A DNA stretch of 64,000 nt, taken from the IMG/VR virus record IMGVR_UViG_3300042337_000191, one strand, 5' to 3'. This document shows positions 40,918 to 48,919 of this stretch, in pieces. The position numbers and the translations under genes are program-made. How positions within the stretch are numbered: the first letter of the stretch is position 1; every line of letters starts with the position of its first letter. The DNA is from an uncultured virus (IMG/VR IMGVR_UViG_3300042337_000191) (taxonomy: Duplodnaviria > Heunggongvirae > Uroviricota > Caudoviricetes). The notes beneath the pieces are model-generated. The model saw nothing but the letters and a program-made list of their open reading frames with translations. It made no database searches and was not told the DNA's origin.

Positions 40918-40982
40918 CTAAATAAAGATGTCCGTCACGAGTTGGCGCTCTACGGACTCTACACCTGTTAAAGAGGTCCAGC
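40918..40982 (+). promoter_or_regulatory. Late promoter plus conserved structured leader (copy 1)
   Basis: CTAAATA followed by TGTCCGTCACGAGTTGGCGCTCTACGGACTCTA...CAGC-ATG; near-identical copy at 46679-46744. Confidence 0.7.
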
Positions 40983-41456
40983 ATGAATATTTATTACGTA
41001 TACGCATATATCCGAGCATCAGACAACTCCCCATATTATATCGGCAAGGGCAAAGGTCGAAGAGCCTTTAATAAATCTCATAGCGTATCAGTTCCCAAAG
41101 ACAAATCAAAAATAATATTTCTTGAAACTAATCTAACCAACGTTGGTGCTTGCGCTATTGAACGACGTTTAATACGTTGGTATGGAAGAAAAGATTTAAA
41201 CAATGGTATTCTCCATAATCGCTCGGATGGTGGCGAAGGACCAGATGGAGCAACCGTCTGGAACAAAGGAAAAACTGGAGTCTACTCAGAAGAAACTATT
41301 CAAAAGTTACGATCGAAAGCATCTGGCAAAAAACAATCAAAAGAAACAATCGAAAAAAGAATACAAAAAACAAAAGGCAAAACCAGAAGCGAAGAATTCA
41401 AACGACAACAATCCGAAAAAATTAAAGAATGGTGGCGTTTGAAGAAGCAATCTTAG
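40983..41456 (+). CDS. GIY-YIG-type homing endonuclease with NUMOD3 repeats, antisense insertion
   Basis: YYVYAY.R....[18 protein letters not shown]...[22 protein letters not shown]. Confidence 0.82.
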   Translation: MNIYYVYAYIRASDNSPYYIGKGKGRRAFNKSHSVSVPKDKSKIIFLETNLTNVGACAIERRLIRWYGRKDLNNGILHNRSDGGEGPDGATVWNKGKTGVYSEETIQKLRSKASGKKQSKETIEKRIQKTKGKTRSEEFKRQQSEKIKEWWRLKKQS

Positions 41457-41973
41457 GTTGTTTCTGTGGAGCCATAATCTTTATACGCTTCGAAGGCTGA
41501 CATTTTATTTCAGGTTCTCCCTCTCTCATATAATTTATGAATTTAAAATAAAGTCCTTTCTCTCGGCCATAAGCCTCGATTTCCCAAGGACATTCCCAAT
41601 AATCCATCTCTTCGTGGAGGTATTTTTCACCCTGCCATTTGACCATGCGTACTGGCTTCCAAATGTCTTTCATTTCACCTTTAGCATATTGCTTTAGGTG
41701 GACCATTTCATGAGCTAAAGCTAGTAATGTTTCTTTCTTGTTAAGAGCTCTATCTACGCCTATAGTAAATTCTCTTTTCTGCTGACTGTCGTCAGTCCAG
41801 TCGCAATAAGCGTAGTCTCCGTCGATATGATCCATTTTCTCAAATTGGATAGTCAACTTTAAGTTGTTGTAAAGTTTACCCCCTCCAATGAGATATTTTC
41901 CATAAAAATTCGCCGCCTTCTTGACTATTGGCAGGGATATATGTGAGGGTTTACCGATTGTTTTTATGCGCAT
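41422..41973 (-). CDS. HExxH zinc metallopeptidase-like protein
   Basis: [11 protein letters not shown] and PWEIEAY motifs. Start at ATG 41973 after GGAGG; TATAAATA at 42001-42008. Confidence 0.7.
   Translation of the reverse strand: MRIKTIGKPSHISLPIVKKAANFYGKYLIGGGKLYNNLKLTIQFEKMDHIDGDYAYCDWTDDSQQKREFTIGVDRALNKKETLLALAHEMVHLKQYAKGEMKDIWKPVRMVKWQGEKYLHEEMDYWECPWEIEAYGREKGLYFKFINYMREGEPEIKCQPSKRIKIMAPQKQPKIASSNATIL
41453..41503 (-). pseudogene. Remnant duplicate of the gp59 5' end
   Basis: ATGTCAGCCTTCGAAGCGTATAAAGATTAT ([10 protein letters not shown]) versus the gp59 start ATGTCAGCCTTTGAAGCATATAAAGAATAC ([10 protein letters not shown]); stops after 16 codons. Confidence 0.75.
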
Positions 41974-42003
41974 ATTAGCCTCCAACAATGGTTCACCCAC
42001 TAT

Positions 42004-42222
42004 TTATATCGGCAATCTAGCCCCACGTTTCAGAACATTAAGGTTTTCAGCCTCCAATTGAATCTTAGACTTCATTACTGGGTCTTTTCGTATCCAATAC
42101 GCCGCAGTCTCTATTTCTAGATTATTTTTCTCGCACCAAAAAACTACGGCGTCAATATATTCAATATTTTTATCTTGACAGAGTTTTTCTACTTCTTCTA
42201 TGAAGCCTGAATTTTTAAGCAT
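42004..42222 (-). CDS. gp33: Late transcription coactivator
   Basis: YIDAVV.WCE.N.LEIE.......K.KI..EAENLN.L. Confidence 0.85.
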   Translation of the reverse strand: MLKNSGFIEEVEKLCQDKNIEYIDAVVFWCEKNNLEIETAAYWIRKDPVMKSKIQLEAENLNVLKRGARLPI

Positions 42223-42383
42223 TGTTTTTCATATTCCTTCAATTCGGCTATTCGTCGTTCAAGATATTGTTGTATATGACTATCGTTCAATCTTCGAGCC
42301 TTATGTCTGTTCAACTCCTGTTGTAATGACCACATTACCGTGCTAGCATGAGAGTATGCATAAGTCTCTTTGATTGTGTCCAT
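42198..42383 (-). CDS. Hypothetical protein
   Basis: ORF in operon; start taken at MDTIKETY. Confidence 0.5.
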   Translation of the reverse strand: MDTIKETYAYSHASTVMWSLQQELNRHKARRLNDSHIQQYLERRIAELKEYEKQCLKIQAS

Positions 42384-42387
42384 AGAA

Positions 42388-42789
42388 CTAATCCTTGATT
42401 GTGATTGTCGTAGATTCACCTTTGGTCATATTGTAAAGAGTGTAAGCGTTATTTGGACTCAACCGAACGCATCCGTGACTAGCAGGTCGACCCAAATTGC
42501 CCACGTGAGGGGTAGCATGAATAGCATAACCACCAGAAAAGAATATAGAGTGCGGCATGGGAGCATTGTCATATTTCTTTGAATAATGTATAGGCTGATA
42601 AGAATAAGGGCGGAAAGTTCCAGTTGGCGTATAATATCCCTTCCGGGCTGTAGATACTGGCCAACGTTCAATTAACTCTCCATCCTCGTAAATTGTCATT
42701 GACTGGCTGCGTTTCGAAACTACTATATCATAGTTTGCTAGAGCAGAGGTAGAGAATAGAACTAATGCAGAGATCAGTAGTTTGTTCAT
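42388..42789 (-). CDS. L,D-transpeptidase (YkuD family) with signal peptide
   Basis: WPVSTAR.G..TP.G; MPHSIFF.GGYAIHAT.....LGRPASHGCVRL (catalytic His and Cys). Confidence 0.9.
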   Translation of the reverse strand: MNKLLISALVLFSTSALANYDIVVSKRSQSMTIYEDGELIERWPVSTARKGYYTPTGTFRPYSYQPIHYSKKYDNAPMPHSIFFSGGYAIHATPHVGNLGRPASHGCVRLSPNNAYTLYNMTKGESTTITIKD

Positions 42790-42926
42790 TCTGAATCCTC
42801 AATTTGATCGAGCTTTTCTCTTACAAATACAGCAAACTCTGGATCTTCCTTGAGATGCTGCTCTAACTGAGCAGTAGTCATCTGTTCAGACATAAAGCAT
42901 TCCCAAAGCAATTCATAATTATTCAT
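42786..42926 (-). CDS. Small hypothetical protein (46 aa)
   Basis: MNNYELLWECFMSEQMTTAQLEQHLKEDPEF...; coupled by ATGA overlaps at both ends. Confidence 0.5.
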   Translation of the reverse strand: MNNYELLWECFMSEQMTTAQLEQHLKEDPEFAVFVREKLDQIEDSE

Positions 42927-43126
42927 GATAGATATCCTAGGATAGAACCAACAGGGCCAACAAAAACACCAATACAGCGAAGAATAAACTTAGCGGTTAC
43001 AGGATTGTCCATTGTATTCCAGATAGCAATAATGTTCATCACCCATCCAACAAAAAAGACAAGCCATATTACAGTTAGAGTAATGTAATATGCTAGGCCA
43101 TGATCTTCTTCACGATAATTTGCCAT
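42923..43126 (-). CDS. Small membrane protein
   Basis: Two hydrophobic segments; GWVMNI...R.IGVFV.P.G.ILGY. Confidence 0.6.
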   Translation of the reverse strand: MANYREEDHGLAYYITLTVIWLVFFVGWVMNIIAIWNTMDNPVTAKFILRCIGVFVGPVGSILGYLS

Positions 43127-43141
43127 AATATATTCTCCAGA

Positions 43142-43252
43142 TTAGCGACCTGACTGTTTACGCCAAATCCATGATGAAAGGTTTAGAAGCGTTTGATGAA
43201 ATTTGTCTACCAAAGAACTGTTCCAGAACCAATGAAGCTTACGGTTTGACAT
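43142..43252 (-). CDS. Small hypothetical protein (36 aa)
   Basis: MSNRKLHWFWNSSLVDKFHQTLLNLSSWIWRKQSGR preceded by GGAGA. Confidence 0.45.
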   Translation of the reverse strand: MSNRKLHWFWNSSLVDKFHQTLLNLSSWIWRKQSGR

Positions 43253-43271
43253 TTTGTTCTCCGTTAAGAAA

Positions 43272-43348
43272 TGGCGATCCCGGCACGATTCGAACGTGCG
43301 ACCCACAGATTAGAAGTCTGTTGCTCTATCCAGCTGAGCTACGGGACC
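43272..43348 (-). tRNA. tRNA-Arg(UCU)
   Basis: GGTCCCGTAGCTCAGCTGGATAGAGCAACAGACTTCTAATCTGTGGGTCGCACGTTCGAATCGTGCCGGGATCGCCA; folds as a cloverleaf, anticodon TCT, encoded CCA. Confidence 0.95.
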
Positions 43349-43357
43349 ATTGTTAGT

Positions 43358-43386
43358 ATTATACGCTGATCCGAATGGAAAAGCAA
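43358..43386 (-). promoter_or_regulatory. Sigma70-like promoter for the tRNA
   Basis: TTGCTT-17 nt-TATAAT. Confidence 0.7.
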
Positions 43387-43391
43387 GTTGT

Positions 43392-43601
43392 TTATACAAA
43401 CATTCCAAAAATGCCAGAAAGAACAAAGAACGTAATTGCAGAAGCCAATGTGATCTCAATTACGCCTGTCGCCCAATAACCCAGAATAGCTCCCAGAAAT
43501 AGACCTGCAACGGCGCAGATATAGACATTAGTACTGAGAGCAAAGTTGAACTCACGCATACCCGTATATTTGTCTTTGTTACTCATAATATATCCTTTCA
43601 A
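43392..43601 (-). CDS. Small membrane protein
   Basis: Two predicted transmembrane segments. Confidence 0.5.
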   Translation of the reverse strand: MKGYIMSNKDKYTGMREFNFALSTNVYICAVAGLFLGAILGYWATGVIEITLASAITFFVLSGIFGMFV

Positions 43602-43604
43602 AAT

Positions 43605-43763
43605 GAAAATGCGACTGTTCTGTTTCTAGGTCAGTCGCCAACCCAATGAGGATTAAGCTGCTAGAGCGTAACCTTCAAATGATGCATCATTATCGTTTGC
43701 ATCTACGTTTCGCCTTTGGTCTCCTCGAAGCCTTAATGTAGATAATCGAGCCTATACACCCCC
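43605..43763 (-). ncRNA. ssrA: Two-piece tmRNA, coding piece
   Basis: Begins GGGGGTG at 43763; tag frame 43700-43653 = ANDNDASFEGYALAA*; 3' hairpin GCGACTG...CAGTCGC. The 3' end is approximate. Confidence 0.88.
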
Positions 43764-43764
43764 A

Positions 43765-44229
43765 TCATAAACTGACATATGGATTCGTTTTTTTCATAAC
43801 AGATTTTAATCTACCACGAACCCAATCTTTAGGATAATCCTCTAAAGAGAACTGTCCTTCGGAAACGCCATCATTGAACCAATATCTCTTGTTTCTAATT
43901 TTTCTGCCATCTGTTCCTTTTTCATAAGGAGAAGGAACGCCTGATCTTATCCATTTACCAGTGGCAGATTTCTTACCATTTCCCCATCTAATAGCATTGG
44001 TTATTGCAGCGCCTTTTTTTGCTCCTTCACGAATTGCTATAAAAGTGCATTCGTCAGAAGTAAGAAGACCTAACAAACCTTTCCAAGCCAATAAATCTTG
44101 CCAGTGACCATGTGTTTCATATAAAACTCTATGGGCTTCGGCATGTTCTTCAATAGTAAGTTCTATCAAGTTATTTGGTTCATCTGTTCCGCCTAAATGT
44201 TTGGGAACAATATGATGTATGTGTTTCAT
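43765..44229 (-). CDS. HNH homing endonuclease inside the tmRNA intervening segment
   Basis: HHIVPKHLGGTDEPNNLIELTIEEHAEAH HNH motif; C-terminal W.NDG...W.RGR motif. Confidence 0.85.
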   Translation of the reverse strand: MKHIHHIVPKHLGGTDEPNNLIELTIEEHAEAHRVLYETHGHWQDLLAWKGLLGLLTSDECTFIAIREGAKKGAAITNAIRWGNGKKSATGKWIRSGVPSPYEKGTDGRKIRNKRYWFNDGVSEGQFSLEDYPKDWVRGRLKSVMKKTNPYVSL

Positions 44230-44236
44230 TTAATCC

Positions 44237-44270
44237 TCCTGTCAATCATACTTATTTATAATAGACAGGA
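44237..44270 (-). promoter_or_regulatory. Late promoter TATAAATA in the loop of an RBS-sequestering hairpin
   Basis: TCCTGTC/GACAGGA stem overlaps AGGAGG of the HNH gene; TATAAATA at 44253-44260. Confidence 0.75.
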
Positions 44271-44283
44271 TTTTATCAGTTTA

Positions 44284-44352
44284 TGGTGGAGGTGAGGGGA
44301 TTCGCACCCCTGTCTTACCAACCTATATGCTAAGTCTCAACGACCTCGGCAA
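44284..44352 (-). ncRNA. ssrA: Two-piece tmRNA, acceptor piece
   Basis: ...GACAGGGGTGCGAATCCCCTCACCTCCACCA: T-arm plus CACCTCC-A-CCA, which pairs with GGGGGTG to give the G3.U70 alanine identity pair. The 5' end is approximate. Confidence 0.85.
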
Positions 44353-44414
44353 ACTTTATTTATTCTTTTGGAATTTCGTTTTCAAATTCTTCAATTAGGG
44401 GATGTGGTGGTTCT

Positions 44415-44537
44415 TTAGTGGCACGGTCTGTTAGAACTGTCCCGTACAATGCACTTACCGACGGTCGCCAACTCAGCGCAGCCAGCAACACCCAGACTAA
44501 GACACACCATTGCTATTGCTATATAAACCTTTTTCAT
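44415..44537 (-). CDS. Small lipoprotein (40 aa)
   Basis: MKKVYIAIAMVCLSLGVAGC signal peptide with lipobox. Confidence 0.55.
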   Translation of the reverse strand: MKKVYIAIAMVCLSLGVAGCAELATVGKCIVRDSSNRPCH

Positions 44538-44784
44538 TCTTATCCTCCGGATTATAATCGTGCTTTTCAGTTTCATGAAGAGCAACAGAAAACCATTCAG
44601 TAGAACCTTCACGTTGATACTGAAGATCCTGCATTGGAACCATTACCATTTCCTTAGTCTGAGGATGAACCATCATCTTAGGAAACATTACCATACGAAA
44701 ATCTACAATCGGCTTTTTCTTATCAACGCCTCCCGTTGGGAGACTGCTAGCAGCAATTGCACCATCTGGTCCAAGAATACTCAT
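44497..44784 (-). CDS. Hypothetical protein
   Basis: 95-aa ORF in operon. Confidence 0.55.
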   Translation of the reverse strand: MSILGPDGAIAASSLPTGGVDKKKPIVDFRMVMFPKMMVHPQTKEMVMVPMQDLQYQREGSTEWFSVALHETEKHDYNPEDKNEKGLYSNSNGVS

Positions 44785-45134
44785 GTCTTTTGTCCTTTTA
44801 CCTTTTCAAGCAACTGACCTAGATATTCAATCGCTTTATCATTAAATGTAACGTCGTCTAAAACACCAACAACGCAATATTGCTTTGCTGCCATTGCATT
44901 TCCATCCGAAGACTTATCGTATTCAATGATAAACAGATGCCGATCTTTGGACATCATAACTTCATTCATCTTATCATTCTTTATACCATTATAAAGAGTA
45001 ACAAGAGCTTTATCATCAATCATCTTCATAAATTCTTTATTTTCATAACACTTCAATTCTGACTCTGCTGATAAAGCAGAGCCAGTTAACATTGAAGAGA
45101 TAATCACACCATACATGATATTCTTCATCATCAC
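44781..45134 (-). CDS. Putative exported protein
   Basis: Signal-peptide-like N-terminus; paired Cys. Confidence 0.55.
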   Translation of the reverse strand: MMMKNIMYGVIISSMLTGSALSAESELKCYENKEFMKMIDDKALVTLYNGIKNDKMNEVMMSKDRHLFIIEYDKSSDGNAMAAKQYCVVGVLDDVTFNDKAIEYLGQLLEKVKGQKT

Positions 45135-45322
45135 TTCCTTGTGGTTACTTCCTGAACCTTTTGAGCAACCTTTTGATAATCAATCTTACCAAAATTGGTT
45201 GGACGCTTTGGAGGTAGAGGAACTTCAACATACTTTGTAACTGGAGGCGCAATAACGTCGCCAGCAATTGCACTACCACCCATAAGCATGGCAGCGATAG
45301 TCGATAAGATAATCTTATTCAT
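45131..45322 (-). CDS. Putative exported protein
   Basis: Signal peptide followed by a VPLPPKRP motif. Confidence 0.55.
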   Translation of the reverse strand: MNKIILSTIAAMLMGGSAIAGDVIAPPVTKYVEVPLPPKRPTNFGKIDYQKVAQKVQEVTTRK

Positions 45323-45496
45323 CTTATTTCCTTTCGGTATTATTTACGATGTTCTTAAGCAAAGCAACATCGTAATTTGTGATACGAGAAAAAGCATTCA
45401 ACGCTTCTTCCCTTGATACTCCTTCTTTTTCGAGAAGGAACTTTGCTACGATCTTTATATCATTAAAGTCTTCGTAGAATTCTACATCTTTAGTGT

Positions 45497-46624
45497 TCAT
45501 TGAACCACCCTCAACAAAATCGTGTTCTCGTTGATACGATACGCAAGAGGCTTTTCTGTCTTGAGATCATCAAGGACTTTTCGTAGAACAAGTTTACCAC
45601 CCTCAAGTATGCGCTTGAGAAAATCGTTCGGTTCTTTCCTGCCCACAGAGCGGGAAATAGAACTACTTTCGTCATAGTTCGTAATGCTAGTTCCCTTGAC
45701 CTGTAGCCCACCACGATCAATCGCTGTAAGCCTCGTAATCGTCTTATACTTTGTATTGAAAGTCCAGAGTTCCATTGCACCGATGATTTTTTCCGGTGAC
45801 ACTGAAGCAATTTTATAAGTTGCATCTTCCTTTTGGAACTTGAGACCCTTGATCTTCTTCTCAACTGATACTGCTCGTGGCTTGCGAGCCGTTCTAACTT
45901 TCTTCGTATTTGAAGAATATCTCTCCGCATCTTCGATGAGGGTGTTGTAGAACGAGACGAGTTTCTTGATTTCTGTCTTTTTAAGGTGACGATAACCTTC
46001 TTTAAGCTGATCATCTTTTCCCTCATACGCTTCAAGCAATTCGTCGAGCACTGGGGAAAATTTAGCAATGATTGAAGTAGCATAGGCTGCAGGAATATTG
46101 TTGCTCTGCAGCCACTCATACATCGAAAACTCTACATTCTCGTAGATGTAATCGTCAATCAATCCTTCAATCTCTCCCAAAATATCATGAGTTTTCTCAC
46201 GCATACGATCCTGGATAGAAATCCTCGGAGTTTCTGATTCCTCCTTGGGTTCTTCCTTCGCCTTGTCCCACATATTTAGGATCTTAGAACTGAAAAACTG
46301 CATCGTAGTTCCCGATGGCTTATGACCACGAGAGATCATACGTGCAATCCAAGCAGCAGTCAAAGGAATATCTACGTCGGAGATCCTCGAAAGCTTCTTG
46401 GCTAGGTCTGGCTTACCAGTGTTCTTGAAATATTCCTTTAGATAATCACGAGCATCATTGGCAGTGCACATGTAGTTATACCATGTGAAACACTGACCCT
46501 CGTTGACATCCTGGGTCATAAGAGGCTCGTCGCCCAGATATTTCTTGTTCACAATATACTGTTCGGATCGAGAGACCCGAATAGTCTTTGGTTTACGCTT
46601 AATGAGTGCTGGGCGACGAGCCAT
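45497..46624 (-). CDS. Conserved T4-like hypothetical protein
   Basis: WYNY motif and C-terminal IIGA.ELW.FNTK...L.VKGTSI...RINE.TILL. Start at MARRP after AAGGAG and a TTGTCT-17-TATAAT promoter (46650-46678). Confidence 0.7.
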   Translation of the reverse strand: MARRPALIKRKPKTIRVSRSEQYIVNKKYLGDEPLMTQDVNEGQCFTWYNYMCTANDARDYLKEYFKNTGKPDLAKKLSRISDVDIPLTAAWIARMISRGHKPSGTTMQFFSSKILNMWDKAKEEPKEESETPRISIQDRMREKTHDILGEIEGLIDDYIYENVEFSMYEWLQSNNIPAAYATSIIAKFSPVLDELLEAYEGKDDQLKEGYRHLKKTEIKKLVSFYNTLIEDAERYSSNTKKVRTARKPRAVSVEKKIKGLKFQKEDATYKIASVSPEKIIGAMELWTFNTKYKTITRLTAIDRGGLQVKGTSITNYDESSSISRSVGRKEPNDFLKRILEGGKLVLRKVLDDLKTEKPLAYRINENTILLRVVQ

Positions 46625-46678
46625 GAATATCTCCTTCAATCGTATACATATTATACTTTATATAAGGGTCAAAGACAA

Positions 46679-46744
46679 CTAAATATTATTGTCCGTCACG
46701 AGTTGGGAGCTCTACGGACTCTAACGCTAAGAAGGAGCATCAGC
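46679..46744 (+). promoter_or_regulatory. Late promoter plus conserved structured leader (copy 2)
   Basis: CTAAATA followed by TGTCCGTCACGAGTTGGGAGCTCTACGGACTCTA...CAGC-ATG. Confidence 0.7.
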
Positions 46745-47173
46745 ATGGATATTTATGATCCAATCGGTAAAGCATTAGGTCTCGAACCTATCGAATTTAA
46801 TTATGATATAAAAACCTATTGTCCAGACCAAGAAATTATTCCTTGGAACAAAGGTTTGACAAAAGAAGATCCTTACGTCGCTGAAATAGGCAAAAGAATT
46901 TCTCAAGCAAAACAAAATAATCCTACCAAACCTTGGAACAAAGGTTTGACAAAAGAAGATCAACGTGTAAGAGAAAACTCTATAAAGGCAGCTAATACTA
47001 AAAAACAGCAGGGGTTTTATAAAGATTGCGGAAAATATCTCCCTAAACTCATAGGAGATAAAAATCATATGAAGTCTTCAGAACATAGAAAACGTATGTC
47101 TGAATTAGCTTCTAGAAGATATAAAAAATGGAACGAGGACGGTAGCTGGACTTGGGGCTACCGTCCTCTGTAA
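46745..47173 (+). CDS. NUMOD-like (PWNKG repeat) endonuclease-derived protein with no recognisable nuclease domain
   Basis: Two PWNKGLTKED repeats (31-bp exact DNA repeat at 46841 and 46931). Start at ATG 46745 after AAGGAG. Confidence 0.6.
   Translation: MDIYDPIGKALGLEPIEFNYDIKTYCPDQEIIPWNKGLTKEDPYVAEIGKRISQAKQNNPTKPWNKGLTKEDQRVRENSIKAANTKKQQGFYKDCGKYLPKLIGDKNHMKSSEHRKRMSELASRRYKKWNEDGSWTWGYRPL
47135..47168 (-). terminator. 12-bp perfect hairpin, likely terminator of the DUF932 gene
   Basis: GAGGACGGTAGC-10 nt-GCTACCGTCCTC followed on - by GTTCCATTTTTT. Confidence 0.65.
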
Positions 47174-47174
47174 C

Positions 47175-48155
47175 TTATGCCGCTTGTTCGGCCATTTCTA
47201 CTGCAAGCTCAAGAGCCTTAGTCTTGAGACCCTTGTTGTAGCCATACCAAGCCGACTGCATTCGAGTGTCAGCCGTACGACCGAGAACGTGATCGGTCAT
47301 AAACGTAACAGCGTTAAAAGGCTGCCACCAGCTGCCCTGAGCGAATTCGCTACCAGGCTGAGTGTCGAGAATACCGAGAGCCATATTGGCATTCTTCGAA
47401 CGCTTACCCTCAACCTTATCTTCCGAAGTAGCACCAGCCAGCGGGAAGATACGCTCGAAGTACTCGACGATCGTTTCAGTCTTGGCCTTCTTCGAACCAA
47501 GGAACTGAGCCATCTCCTTATACTTCTGGAGCTTGTCGGTTGCAATGCCAAGCATATCCTTCACGTTAGCAGGGTTAAACTGCTTACGATGGGAAATCTT
47601 GACCATACGCTCTACCTTCGAACTGAGCGAGAGCGAGAGCGTATTGTTGCAAACGACTCGGATCGGCGTAAACCGAACGTCAGTAGAGAAACCATACTTG
47701 TGGAAATTAGAAAATAGAAGATAAGAGTCAATTTGATCTCCTTTGAAAAGCTCGAAAGATTCCTTGATCTTTGCGAGACCCCAAACGATCTGACCTCCCT
47801 TTAGCGAACCAGCGGTATGCATCTCCATATCGCCAGCCATCACAAACTCATTAAAGAAGTCGAACGCCTCTGCATTCTGCACGGGGTTCCAGTCGTCAGA
47901 GACAACGTCAAGCATCTTCTTGTCCTTCATACGAACAAGAGCAGACTGACCTGTCTCCATTACACTATCCGGATCGTTTTCATCCAGAATAGCAAAAGTA
48001 GGAAACTTCTGGACTTCCCAATTGAGACCAGCAGCTTCCAACATCTGTTCCGGGGTGAGATCCCCGAGAACCTTAACACCAAGACCATGCCACGGAACAT
48101 CGCCAGCATAAGCCATCTGAGCGACACCATCAACGAATTCGATTTCATGAGCCAT
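47175..48155 (-). CDS. DUF932 (DUF945-like) family protein
   Basis: MAHE...MAY....PWHGLG; PVQN.EAF.FF; TAGSL.GG..VW.LA; TPIRVVCNNTL; W..FNAVT...DH. Confidence 0.85.
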   Translation of the reverse strand: MAHEIEFVDGVAQMAYAGDVPWHGLGVKVLGDLTPEQMLEAAGLNWEVQKFPTFAILDENDPDSVMETGQSALVRMKDKKMLDVVSDDWNPVQNAEAFDFFNEFVMAGDMEMHTAGSLKGGQIVWGLAKIKESFELFKGDQIDSYLLFSNFHKYGFSTDVRFTPIRVVCNNTLSLSLSSKVERMVKISHRKQFNPANVKDMLGIATDKLQKYKEMAQFLGSKKAKTETIVEYFERIFPLAGATSEDKVEGKRSKNANMALGILDTQPGSEFAQGSWWQPFNAVTFMTDHVLGRTADTRMQSAWYGYNKGLKTKALELAVEMAEQAA

Positions 48156-48189
48156 TTTACTTCTCCTTCACATCAACCATCATATACAT

Positions 48190-48218
48190 AGTATAGCTCG
48201 ATATTTTAAAAAAGTCAA
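48190..48218 (-). promoter_or_regulatory. Early sigma70-like promoter
   Basis: TTGACT-17-TATACT upstream of DUF932. Confidence 0.75.
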
Positions 48219-48469
48219 GCGATCTTTTTGGCTTCGAGAGAGTCCTGAAAACCCTGATGGAACCCAGCATACCACTCTCGTTCACGATAGTGTTCCGACT
48301 GAACTAGCCTCTCGTTGCTCTGATCTACGGAAAGATAATTATAGGGACAATCCTTTATAGACCCTCCCTCTACATAATGCGTTTTACCTTCGAGAAAAAA
48401 TTGATTAGTATACTGCCATTCATTCATGTCGTTTATCCTTGACTTGAATCCAACAATTTTTAGGGTCAT
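48215..48469 (-). CDS. Hypothetical protein
   Basis: CPY...W..GF motif; true start probably at MNEWQY. Confidence 0.5.
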   Translation of the reverse strand: MTLKIVGFKSRINDMNEWQYTNQFFLEGKTHYVEGGSIKDCPYNYLSVDQSNERLVQSEHYREREWYAGFHQGFQDSLEAKKIA

Positions 48470-48598
48470 CGTGACACTGGACTTCCATTAAGGTGCCAGA
48501 GTCCTTCATCTTCTGTGTTATATATATTGCATCGAAATATGGGATAATCAAATATCCGCACATGAGCAATAATTCTAACCAAATTCTTTTTTTCTCAG

Positions 48599-48919
48599 TC
48601 ATGATGAGAACGAGTAATATGCATCAATAATCTTTTGAAGTGGTCGCTCAAGACTATCATAATGTTCTTTATCTAAAATACCGCAAAGAATATCTTGATA
48701 ATCTTCTGGTTCAAGAAACTGTTTTAGAATGTTTTGATATTGTTGACGAGTTTTTGGCTCTTCTACAGGAACACCCATTACATTAGGTACATCGTATTGC
48801 TTCATTTCTTCGGCAATACTACGTGCAATGATAGTCTTTGCCTTACTGACAAAGTCTTTCATAGTTTCTAACTCTAACTGCTTTTTGGTTTTAGGAAAAG
48901 GTATAACTTCAGCGCTCAC
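48599..48919 (-). CDS. Hypothetical protein
   Basis: VIPFPK N-terminus; in operon. Confidence 0.5.
   Translation of the reverse strand: MSAEVIPFPKTKKQLELETMKDFVSKAKTIIARSIAEEMKQYDVPNVMGVPVEEPKTRQQYQNILKQFLEPEDYQDILCGILDKEHYDSLERPLQKIIDAYYSFSS

Noticed and set aside
40929..40982. Conserved leader as a hammerhead, HDV/theta or known riboswitch
   Set aside because: No CUGANGA/GAAA core and no convincing P2/P1.1 of the HDV fold on either strand; left unassigned.
43765..44283. Group I intron interrupting a one-piece tmRNA
   Set aside because: The CCA-bearing part lies upstream of the 5' part (permuted order), and the ORF plus promoter fill the spacer, leaving no room for an intron core.
44284..44315. 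Stand-alone tRNA
   Set aside because: Only the T-arm and 3' acceptor strand are present; it pairs with the tmRNA coding piece.
44415..44537. Small lipoprotein as an o-spanin
   Set aside because: No adjacent i-spanin-like, holin or endolysin gene, and the mature part is only about 20 aa.
45511..46119. 202-aa alternate-frame ORF inside the conserved hypothetical gene
   Set aside because: Same-strand overlap with Arg/Ser-rich off-frame composition and no RBS.
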